Below, one piece after another: positions 55,964 to 64,000 of a stretch of 64,000 nucleotides of DNA. This DNA is from Candidatus Multivoradales bacterium (GTDB lineage Bacteria > Acidobacteriota > Thermoanaerobaculia > Multivoradales > JAHEKO01): the NCBI GenBank assembly GCA_965223155.1, contig CBDCVR010000014.1, positions 896,001 to 960,000 of the forward strand. The letters are read 5' to 3'. A program made the position numbers and the translations under genes. The notes beneath the pieces were generated by a model that was not told where the DNA came from, did not search any database, and saw only the letters and a program-made list of their open reading frames with translations. Position 1 is the first letter of the stretch, and each line of letters starts with the position of its first letter.

Positions 55964-58321
55964 ATGTGGATTCCGTCCCTGCCAGTCCGAGTCCCGAATG
56001 CCCGTCTTCGCCTGCCGACGGCGCCGGTCATCCTGGCGACTCTGGGGATCCTGGCGGGTCTTGGGAGCCCCGGATCGGGCGCCAGCGGACAGACGTTCCC
56101 GAGCGTCGAGGCCACCCGCACCGAGTTCGAGACCGTCTGCCGGGTGCTCCGCGATCTCAACCCGTACTTCGAGGATGTCTCGACCGAGCGTCTTCGCGGC
56201 CTGGCCGACGCCGCCGGCGAGCCGGTGGCTGAAGCCCGGCTGCGCTCCCGGCTGGGCTGGGACCTCATCCGGCTGGGCCGCCTCGACCGGGCCGTGGCCG
56301 AGCTCGAACGGGCACGCGCGCTGGCTGAAGCGGGCTCGGCACCGGTCGCGCTCGAAGTGGACATCCTACGCAACCTCGCTAACGCCCACTTCCAGCTCGG
56401 CGAGGACGAGAACTGCATAGGTCTTCACGTGGCGTCGAGCTGCATCCTGCCGGTCTCGGCCGAGGCCGTCCACGAGCGGCCCGACCACGCTCGCCGAGCG
56501 GGGGATCTGTACCTGGAGCTCCTGGAGCTCGCCCCGGCCGATCCCCGCGCGCGCTGGATGCTCAACCTGGCGCGCATGGTCTCCGGCCAGCACCCGGACG
56601 GAGTTCCCGAGCCTCACCGGCTGCCGACGGCGGCCCTCACTCCGGCCGCCGAGTTCCCCGATTGGGTCGATGTCGGCGCCAGCCTCGGAATCGCCGCCTT
56701 CGATCTCTCGGGCAGCGTCGTACTGGACGATCTCGACGGCGACGGCCTGATCGACATTCTCAGCTCGAGCTGGGACCCGTGCCAACCGATGCGCGCCTAT
56801 CGCAACGACGGGGCCGGCGGTTTCGAGGACGTGTCCGAAGCCTGGGGCCTGGATGGTCAGCTGGGCGGCCTCAACCTGGTTTCGACCGACTTCGACAACG
56901 ACGGCCGTGTCGACGTCTTGGTCCTGCGCGGCGCCTGGCTCGGCGACGGCGGCCAGATCCGGAACTCGCTCTTGCGCAACGACTTGGACCGGCCCGCTGG
57001 GCGCTTCGTCGACGTCACCGCGGCGGCCGGCCTCGCGTATCCCGCCTACCCGACCCAGACCGCCGCCTGGGCCGACTACGACGGCGACGGCGACCTCGAC
57101 GTCTACGTCGGCAACGAGACCGACGCGGGCACGTACGAGCCACTCCGTCTCATGTCCGACCTGGGCCGGCCGTACCAATCGCACCTCTACCGCAACAACG
57201 GGAACGGCACGTTCACCGAAGTCGGCCAGCAGGCCGGCGTCGAGAACTTCCGCTTCGCCAAGGGCACGGCCTGGGGCGATTTCGACAACGACGGCGACCC
57301 GGATCTCTATGTTTCGAACTTCGGCGCCAATCGCCTGTACCGCAACAATGGCGACGGCACCTTCATCGACGTGGCCCAAGCCGCCGGCGTCACCGAGCCG
57401 GAACGAGGCAGCTTCCCAACCTGGTTCTTCGACATCGACAACGATGGCGATCTGGATCTGTTCGTGGCCAGCTATTCGGCGCCAATGACGATCATCGCCG
57501 CCTCCTACTTCGGCGAGGTTCCGCCTGGCGGACACCCGCTCGTCTATCGCAACAACGGCGACGGCACCTTCACCGACGCCTCGGCCGAGCTCGGACTCAC
57601 CCGGCCGACCCTGCCCATGGGCGCCAACTACGGCGACATCGACAACGACGGCTTCCCGGACTTCTACCTCGGAACGGGCGCGCCCGAGTTCGACACTCTG
57701 ATTCCGAGCCTGATGTACCGCAACGATCGTGGGCGGCGCTTCGAAGACGTCACCTTCGCCGCCGGCTTCGGTCATCTCCAGAAGGGCCACGGCATCGCCT
57801 TTGCCGACGTCGACAACGATGGCGATCAGGACATCTTCCATCAGCTCGGCGGAGCCTTCCCGTACGACGAGTACGGCAACGCCTTGTTCGAAAACCCGGG
57901 AATCGATTCCGGCCGGCAGGATTCGACGCACGCAGACAAGGTCTTCGCAGACGCCCGGCCCGCCTGGATCACCCTGCGTCTCGAGGGCCGGCGGGCCAAC
58001 CGGCCGGGCCTCGGCGCCCGCATCGAGGTCGTGGTGCGCGAGGGCGGCGGCGGCCTGCGCTCGGTGCATCATCTGGTCGGCTCGGGCGGATCCTTCGGCG
58101 CCTCGAGCCTCCAGGCGGAGATCGGCCTGGGAGCCGCCGAGGCGATCGAACGGGTCGAGATCGTCTGGCCCGGAAGCGGCACCCGGCAGACCTTCGCCGC
58201 CGTCGCCCCGAACCGCTTCTACCGAGCCGTCGAGGATCGGCCCAAGCTCGAGCCGCTCGAGCTGCCCCGGATCCTCCTGGGCGCGCCACGACCGGCCCGG
58301 CGCCACGAGCACGGCAACTAG
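55964..58321 (+). CDS. CRTAC1/ASPIC-UnbV family FG-GAP repeat protein
   Basis: LGEDENC..SCILP; repeated D[FY]DNDG.xD; PMGANYGD, GHLQKGHG, GGSFGASSL..EIGLG..IVWP.SG. Confidence 0.9.
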   Translation: MWIPSLPVRVPNARLRLPTAPVILATLGILAGLGSPGSGASGQTFPSVEATRTEFETVCRVLRDLNPYFEDVSTERLRGLADAAGEPVAEARLRSRLGWDLIRLGRLDRAVAELERARALAEAGSAPVALEVDILRNLANAHFQLGEDENCIGLHVASSCILPVSAEAVHERPDHARRAGDLYLELLELAPADPRARWMLNLARMVSGQHPDGVPEPHRLPTAALTPAAEFPDWVDVGASLGIAAFDLSGSVVLDDLDGDGLIDILSSSWDPCQPMRAYRNDGAGGFEDVSEAWGLDGQLGGLNLVSTDFDNDGRVDVLVLRGAWLGDGGQIRNSLLRNDLDRPAGRFVDVTAAAGLAYPAYPTQTAAWADYDGDGDLDVYVGNETDAGTYEPLRLMSDLGRPYQSHLYRNNGNGTFTEVGQQAGVENFRFAKGTAWGDFDNDGDPDLYVSNFGANRLYRNNGDGTFIDVAQAAGVTEPERGSFPTWFFDIDNDGDLDLFVASYSAPMTIIAASYFGEVPPGGHPLVYRNNGDGTFTDASAELGLTRPTLPMGANYGDIDNDGFPDFYLGTGAPEFDTLIPSLMYRNDRGRRFEDVTFAAGFGHLQKGHGIAFADVDNDGDQDIFHQLGGAFPYDEYGNALFENPGIDSGRQDSTHADKVFADARPAWITLRLEGRRANRPGLGARIEVVVREGGGGLRSVHHLVGSGGSFGASSLQAEIGLGAAEAIERVEIVWPGSGTRQTFAAVAPNRFYRAVEDRPKLEPLELPRILLGAPRPARRHEHGN

Positions 58322-58406
58322 CGGCCTGCCACGGCACTGGGCAACCCTGGCGCTCCGCTGACGTAGAATCGGCAACCGCGTGGGACAGCACGAAGGAGAA
58401 CGAGTT

Positions 58407-59648
58407 ATGCACTTTGCACTTGCGAGACGGATCGCTCTGGTTGCGACCGTCGTTATCTGGACCGCCGCCTCGGCGGCGGTCGCGGAAGACTGGCCCCAGT
58501 TTCGGGGGCATAACCGGGACGGCATCTCGCCCGAGACCGGCCTTCTGGCCGAATGGCCCGAGGACGGGCCGCCCGAGCTCTGGCGTGTCCCGATCGGCGA
58601 AGGCTACTCGGCCCCGTCGGTCGTCGGCGATCGCCTGTACACGATGTACGCGGGCGAAGAAGACGGCGAGGCGGTGGAATACGCCGCGGCCTTCGACGCC
58701 GGCTCTGGCGCCGAGCTCTGGCGCACGCTCATCGGCGAGAAGCTGGACACCGAGTTCGGTAACGGCCCTCGCGCCACGCCCTCGGTTGCCGGCGACTCGG
58801 TCTACGTCATGGGCTCGCACGGCGACGTGGCCGCTCTCGACGTCGGTACCGGCGAGGTGCGCTGGAGGCTCTCTCTCCAGGAGCGCTTCGGCGGTCCACG
58901 CCCCGGCTGGGGCTTTGCGAGCTCGATGCTGGTTGACGGCGACCGGATCTTGGTCGATAGCGGCGGCCCGGACGGCAAGTCGTTCGCCGCCCTCGACGCC
59001 GCCACCGGCGAGACGATCTGGACCACGGGAGAAGCTCCCCGAGCCGGCTACAACTCCCCGCTCGCCGTCGAGGTCAATGGCGAGCGCCGGTACGTCTACG
59101 TCGGGGCCGGCCAGCTGCGCTGCATCGACGAGGACGGCAACGAGGTCTGGGCCCACGAGTGGCCGCAAGGCGAAACCCACGCCATGCCGGTGGTGATCTC
59201 GCCCAACCGCATTTACGCTTCCGGCGCCCAGGGCGTCGGGGCGCAGATGATCGAGGTTGACGAGTCCGGGGACCCGGCCACGGTCGAGGTCATCTGGAAG
59301 GAGCAGAACCTACGCAACCACTTCTCGACCTCGGTGGTCCACGACTCGACGATCTACGGGTTCGATAACGCCACGTTCAAGGCGGTCTCGGCCGACGACG
59401 GCAGCCTGGCCTGGGCCAAACGCGGGCTCGGCAAGGGCTCGCTCATCCTCGCCGAGGGCATGCTTTACGTGCTGACCGACCGGGGCCGCCTGCTCCGGGT
59501 CGAAGCCTCACCGGCGGGCTTCTCCGAGGCCGGCAGCGTCCAGGCCCTGTCCGGCAAGACCTGGACCGCGCCGACGCTCTCGAACGGCGTCCTCTTCCTT
59601 CGCTCGCACAGCGAGATGGTCGCCTACGACCTCCGGGGAGGCGCCTGA
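58407..59648 (+). CDS. PQQ-binding-like beta-propeller protein (BamB-like)
   Basis: AAGGAG RBS; EDWPQFRGHNRDG, GEGYSAP, GPRATP, TWTAPTL. Confidence 0.88.
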   Translation: MHFALARRIALVATVVIWTAASAAVAEDWPQFRGHNRDGISPETGLLAEWPEDGPPELWRVPIGEGYSAPSVVGDRLYTMYAGEEDGEAVEYAAAFDAGSGAELWRTLIGEKLDTEFGNGPRATPSVAGDSVYVMGSHGDVAALDVGTGEVRWRLSLQERFGGPRPGWGFASSMLVDGDRILVDSGGPDGKSFAALDAATGETIWTTGEAPRAGYNSPLAVEVNGERRYVYVGAGQLRCIDEDGNEVWAHEWPQGETHAMPVVISPNRIYASGAQGVGAQMIEVDESGDPATVEVIWKEQNLRNHFSTSVVHDSTIYGFDNATFKAVSADDGSLAWAKRGLGKGSLILAEGMLYVLTDRGRLLRVEASPAGFSEAGSVQALSGKTWTAPTLSNGVLFLRSHSEMVAYDLRGGA

Positions 59649-60877
59649 TGACGCGGCTCACACGCACCGCACTGTTCGCCCTGGGCGTTGTCGCCTTCGC
59701 CGTAGCGCCCGCCGTGGCCGATCATCACGAGCTCCCGAGCGCCGAAGACGTCATCGCCGCGCACATCGCGGCCAAGGGCGGCGCCGACGCCTGGGCGGCG
59801 ATCGACAGCCTGAAGCTCACAGGGGACTTCACAGCCTTCAGCAGGATCAGTCCGTTTGCCGCCTACAAGACCCGGAACCGCGAATACCACATGGCCCAGA
59901 AGTGGGGCGACCATCCGGTCACGATTGGCTTTGACGGAGCCGAGGCCTGGTGGGACAACCACATGATGCGCAAGGGCGCGCAGCCGGTTCGCGGCGTCGA
60001 CCGCGCCGTTCTCGAGCGCGACCTGGATTTCGCCACTCCGTTTTTCGACGTCGAGGCGCAGGGCCACGAGGTCACCGTCGTGGGATTCCAGGATCTGGAC
60101 GGCCAGCAGGTGCTGGCCGTGGAGCTCAAGCGCGCCGATGAGTCGACCGAGACCTGGTTCCTGGATCCGGAGACCTACCTCGAAGTCGCCCGCGATTCTC
60201 CGGGCTCGGACTTCGGACGCCCGATGACCCAGCGGACCTTCTTCGACGACTTCCGCGAGGTGGCCGGGGCTCTGATTCCCCACTACACCGAGACCCAGTG
60301 GTACACCCGACACCGGGTGATCGCCGCGGATTCGATCGAAGCCAACGTCGAGATTCCCGAGGGCCTGTTCTCGATGCCCCCTCCCTACGGCATGGAGAAG
60401 CTCCAGAGTCTCGCCGGCACCTGGAAGGTCACGGTCGAGTCCCGGCAGGCGCCGAGCGCGCCTTGGCAAAACGAGGAGCGCGTTTCCGAGATCCAAGGAC
60501 GCCTGCGCGGCGGCCTGTTCGAGGAGACCTATGCAACCCCGACCGCCAAGGTCATCCGCAGCTTGTCCTACGACCAGTACCGCGATCGGTACTTGCTGAC
60601 CCAGATCCACTCGGGCAGTAATGTCCTGGACATCCTGGCCGGCACCTGGACCGAGGACGGAGCGCTGCTCTTGGACAACGTGGTCACCGAGACGCCTGCT
60701 TTGATGTTCGGCCGAGTCCTTCACGAGCGGTTCAAGCTCTTCGAGATCGGCGCCGACGCCTTCAAAGTCGAGCGCGAGAACTCGGTGGACGGCGGCGAGA
60801 ATTGGGCTCTGATGCAGAAGCTGACCTTCGAGCGCCAGGCGGGGGAGAACTCCGAGGAGGCCGGCGGCTCCCGCTAG
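59648..60877 (+). CDS. Secreted protein, LolA-like N-terminal plus DUF1579-like C-terminal domain
   Basis: SAEDVIAAHIAAKGG..W, GFDGAEAW, FLDPETYL, FDDFREVAG; then LQSLAGTW. Confidence 0.65.
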   Translation: MTRLTRTALFALGVVAFAVAPAVADHHELPSAEDVIAAHIAAKGGADAWAAIDSLKLTGDFTAFSRISPFAAYKTRNREYHMAQKWGDHPVTIGFDGAEAWWDNHMMRKGAQPVRGVDRAVLERDLDFATPFFDVEAQGHEVTVVGFQDLDGQQVLAVELKRADESTETWFLDPETYLEVARDSPGSDFGRPMTQRTFFDDFREVAGALIPHYTETQWYTRHRVIAADSIEANVEIPEGLFSMPPPYGMEKLQSLAGTWKVTVESRQAPSAPWQNEERVSEIQGRLRGGLFEETYATPTAKVIRSLSYDQYRDRYLLTQIHSGSNVLDILAGTWTEDGALLLDNVVTETPALMFGRVLHERFKLFEIGADAFKVERENSVDGGENWALMQKLTFERQAGENSEEAGGSR

Positions 60878-60926
60878 GAGGGAGCCGTCCAACCGGCCTC
60901 GAGCCGGCACACCGGAACGGCGGCTG

Positions 60927-62723
60927 TTGGCTCGATCCGAAGCCCAGCGCGTCGTCGTCCGGAGCCGGCCGGGCCTCGATCCAGACTCGGCTTCGAACTG
61001 GCTCGAGTTCGTCGAGCCGGTCGAGATCCTCGAAGCCTCGACTCCGGTCGAGGTCTGGCCAGCTCTCGACGCGCTCGAACGCCGCCTGAGCCGGGGGCGG
61101 TGGGCCGCCGGCTTTCTGACCTATGAGGCCGCGCCCGCCTTCGATCCGGCAATGACCACCCATGCCGGAGACGATCTTCCGGTACTGCGCTTCGGTATCT
61201 ACGATCGGCCCAGGCCGCTGCCCGCGATGGAAGTCGCCGATGCCGGTGCGGACTCCGAACCGGCGCCAACTCCGGAGGCATGGCAACCGTCCCTCGAAGA
61301 GGCCGCCTACCGGAGGGCGGTGGAGGCGATCCACCGAGCGATTGCCCGCGGCGACACGTATCAGGTCAACCTGACCTGGCGCTTGGAAGCGCCGTTCCAT
61401 GGCGACTCCTGGCTTTACTTCCGGCACCTGGCAGCAAGATCCGCCGCCGGCCATGCTGCCTACGTGGAGCTGCCCGGCTACGCGCTGTGCTCGGCGTCAC
61501 CGGAGCTCTTCTTCGAGCTCGAAGGCGACCGGCTCACCTGCCGGCCGATGAAGGGCACCGCCCCACGCGGGCTCTATCCGGCCGACGACGCGCGGCTGGC
61601 GGCCGAGCTTCGAAGCTCCGAGAAGAACCGGGCCGAGAACCTGATGATCGTGGACATGATCCGAAACGATCTCGGCCGGATCGCCCGGCCCGGCAGCGTG
61701 CGAGTCCCGAGCCTTTTCGACGTCGAGACCTACCCGACCGTACATCAGATGACCTCGACCGTGACCGCCACAAGCGATGCCTCCTTCTCCGAGATCCTGG
61801 CCGCTCTCTTTCCCTGCGCCTCGATCACCGGGGCTCCCAAGATCCGGACCATGGAGATCATTCGCGAGCTCGAAACCGGACCGCGCGGCATCTACACCGG
61901 CACCATCGGCTACCTCGGCCCGGATCGCACGGCGCGCTTCAACGTGGCGATCCGCACCGTGCATCTGGATCTCGAGCGCGGCCGCGCCACCTACGGCACC
62001 GGCGGCGGGATCGTTTGGGACTCTGACGCCGAAGCCGAGCTGCGCGAAGGCCGCACCAAGACCCTGGTGGTTACCGAGCGGCCCGACTACCGGTTGCTCG
62101 AGACCCTGCGCTGGTCAGCCAAGGACGGCTACGATCTCCTCGAGCGCCATCTCACGCGGCTCGCAGAGTCGGCCGATCTGCTCGGCTTCGTCTTCGACGA
62201 CAGCGCCACTCGCTTCGCTCTCGCTCGGCTCGAGAATTCTTTCGGTCTCGAGGAGCCGCCCGAGGCCAAGCCTCACCGTGTCCGGCTGCTGGTCGACGCG
62301 GCCGGTGCGATCGAGCTCCAGCACCAGAAGCTCGAGCTCGAGGAGAGCCCCTGGACGGTCGGGCTCGCGCTCGAACCCGTGAATCGCGACGATCGGTTCC
62401 TCTACCACAAGACCACCCGGCGGGCGGTCTACGACCGCGCCCGCTCGGCCCGGCCCGAGCTCGACGACGTCATCCTCTGGAATTGCGACGGCGAGCTGAC
62501 CGAGGCCACCGTCGCCAACCTGGCCCTCGAGATCGATGGCGTCTGGTGGACGCCACCTGTGGCCTCGGGGCTTCTGGCCGGCACCATGCGGGACCGGCTC
62601 CTGGACGAAGGCCGGCTGCGCGAGCGAATCCTGACTCGCAACGACCTCGACCGGGCCACGGCCGTCGCCCTCGTCAACTCGGTGCGGGGATGGATCCCGG
62701 CCCGGCTTACCCGGACTCGCTGA
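60927..62723 (+). CDS. pabB: Aminodeoxychorismate synthase component I fused to class IV aminotransferase (PabB-PabC)
   Basis: GDTYQVNLT, SASPELFF, PMKGTAPRG, KNRAENLMIVDMIRNDL, FPCASITGAPK; then LLETLR, YHKTT, TPP..GLLAG. Confidence 0.93.
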   Translation: MARSEAQRVVVRSRPGLDPDSASNWLEFVEPVEILEASTPVEVWPALDALERRLSRGRWAAGFLTYEAAPAFDPAMTTHAGDDLPVLRFGIYDRPRPLPAMEVADAGADSEPAPTPEAWQPSLEEAAYRRAVEAIHRAIARGDTYQVNLTWRLEAPFHGDSWLYFRHLAARSAAGHAAYVELPGYALCSASPELFFELEGDRLTCRPMKGTAPRGLYPADDARLAAELRSSEKNRAENLMIVDMIRNDLGRIARPGSVRVPSLFDVETYPTVHQMTSTVTATSDASFSEILAALFPCASITGAPKIRTMEIIRELETGPRGIYTGTIGYLGPDRTARFNVAIRTVHLDLERGRATYGTGGGIVWDSDAEAELREGRTKTLVVTERPDYRLLETLRWSAKDGYDLLERHLTRLAESADLLGFVFDDSATRFALARLENSFGLEEPPEAKPHRVRLLVDAAGAIELQHQKLELEESPWTVGLALEPVNRDDRFLYHKTTRRAVYDRARSARPELDDVILWNCDGELTEATVANLALEIDGVWWTPPVASGLLAGTMRDRLLDEGRLRERILTRNDLDRATAVALVNSVRGWIPARLTRTR

Positions 62724-62777
62724 CTCCGCGATCCGGCGACTCCCTCCTACCCCACCAGCTCCACGGCCTCACCGCCG

Positions 62778-63449
62778 TCATGAGGCTGCCGCTCGGTGGC
62801 GACGAGTCGGAATCCGGCCCACCGACCACGCGATCATCCAGATGGCCAGGTAGTAGGTTCCAAGGACCAGAAGATCAGCTCCCGCGAACGGTGCCCGGAA
62901 ACGGTTGGCCGCGAGGGCCGCATCAGACAGCAGGAACACCGTCGCGCCCGCGGCCGCCATGAGCGAGCCGCCGGCGCGGCGCTCCAGCCATGCACTCCAA
63001 GCCCACCACGCCATGCCGGACAGAGCGAGCGTGTAGACGACCGCCGGCGCCTCGAGCCCTCCGAGGTGTGGCCACAGCACCGACAGCGACACACCGGCCA
63101 CAATCGCCAGGGGCGGCGCCGGCGGCCATCGCAGTCGCGCTCCCGTGGACCTGAACGCCGCGATGAACAGAAGATGCCCAACCAGAAAGGCCGCCAAACC
63201 GGCCACGAACCGATCGCTAGGCAACATCAAGAAGACGTCCCCGGCCAGACACGCGACGAGTCCCAAGATCACCAGGACCCCGTAGCGAGCCGTCCGGGAT
63301 GGCATCCCAACCAGTGCAACGGCCAGGATCAAGAGAGTCGCCAGCGGCTTGAAGACGTAGACGAGATCCAGCCTTCCTCCGTGCCGACCCGCGATCGCGA
63401 CCCCGGCGGCGCCGAGGGCTCCGAGACTGAGCAGGACTCGACTTCGCAC
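62778..63449 (-). CDS. YhhN family lysoplasmalogenase
   Basis: FKPL, GDVFLM, GLAAFLVGH, FLLSDAALA.NRF, TYY. Confidence 0.88.
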   Translation of the reverse strand: MRSRVLLSLGALGAAGVAIAGRHGGRLDLVYVFKPLATLLILAVALVGMPSRTARYGVLVILGLVACLAGDVFLMLPSDRFVAGLAAFLVGHLLFIAAFRSTGARLRWPPAPPLAIVAGVSLSVLWPHLGGLEAPAVVYTLALSGMAWWAWSAWLERRAGGSLMAAAGATVFLLSDAALAANRFRAPFAGADLLVLGTYYLAIWMIAWSVGRIPTRRHRAAAS

Positions 63450-63519
63450 ACGCTCAGACTATCCCGAGCACGAGGTCCGGGCGCGGCAGTCGCCGGCTGC
63501 GCTTCTTGACCTCGAGCCC

Positions 63520-63700
63520 TACCCTCGAGGGTGGCCACCCGGTCGCCGGTCCCTGCATCGACTCGATCGCCCAACAGTTCCTCGACACCGCATCCGTCGA
63601 AGGAATCGACACCTCGTGCATCGAGGTTCTCCCGAGGACGGAGTTCGTGGTGGACGGAGAGTGGCCGGAAGCGACTCCGGACGAAGCGAAACGAGCCTCA
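63520..63700 (+). pseudogene. Orphan 3' remnant of an alpha/beta hydrolase (TAP-like C-terminus)
   Basis: GGHPVAGPCIDSIAQQFLDTASVEGIDTSCIEVLPRTEF resembles the catalytic-His C-terminal segment; no N-terminal part is present. Confidence 0.45.
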
Positions 63701-63728
63701 AGCGACTCGCAAGATCCGGGGCCGGGTT

Positions 63729-63926
63729 CTAGTCGTCTTCGAGTCGCGCCGCCGACCCCGACTCCTCCCCCGCCCGCGGCTTCCAGCGCCCGGCCTTCTT
63801 AACCGCCTCGAACAGCAGATACTCGATCTGCCCGTTGACGCTCCGCAGTTCGTCGTCCGACCACCTCTTGAGCGCGTCGTAGAGGCGCGGGTTGACGCGC
63901 AGCGGAAAGGACTTGCGTGGAGCCAC
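63729..63926 (-). CDS. Arc-like ribbon-helix-helix protein
   Basis: [35 protein letters not shown]; this type usually follows SPFH genes. Confidence 0.85.
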   Translation of the reverse strand: MAPRKSFPLRVNPRLYDALKRWSDDELRSVNGQIEYLLFEAVKKAGRWKPRAGEESGSAARLEDD

Positions 63927-63952
63927 CTGCGGACTCTAGTCGACCGAGCGGC

Positions 63953-64000
63953 CTAGTTGTGCAACGTGCCCGTGTTGACCACGGGCTGCGTGTGGCGATC
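63953..64000 (-). CDS. C-terminus of an SPFH/band 7 protein (partial)
   Basis: DRHTQPVVNTGTLHN* matches the typical C-terminal QPVVN.G.L motif. Confidence 0.7.
   Translation of the reverse strand, partial: DRHTQPVVNTGTLHN

Overview
High-GC Gram-negative bacterial DNA. The Ser/Thr kinase-TPR, PQQ-like propellers, CRTAC1/FG-GAP and TonB receptor are typical of Acidobacteriota-like genomes; the taxonomy is inference. The first ~9.2 kb is an accessory hotspot downstream of an intact tRNA-Sec gene (selC, 9115-9214, minus). It holds two 68-nt copies of the tRNA 3' part that start at the anticodon loop, each joined to a conserved ~145-bp att-arm-like sequence, plus a third truncated arm. It also holds tandem 93-96-bp structured repeats ending in the tRNA 3' tail. 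These delimit small, integrase-free cargo segments: a frameshifted kinase, HigBA, a nucleotidyltransferase pair, a PQQ propeller/OMP, RelBE and gene fragments. The rest looks like core chromosome: peptidoglycan peptidases, NhaC, a Cys-rich surface-protein pair, lnt, an MsrB/two-component/spondin locus with shared operator boxes, acyl-CoA metabolism, a type IV minor pilin-PilY1 operon, an FmdB zinc ribbon with a possible Sec extension, a TonB receptor, ACC deaminase, a CRTAC1-PQQ operon and pabBC. All calls come from reading motifs by eye; no searches were run.
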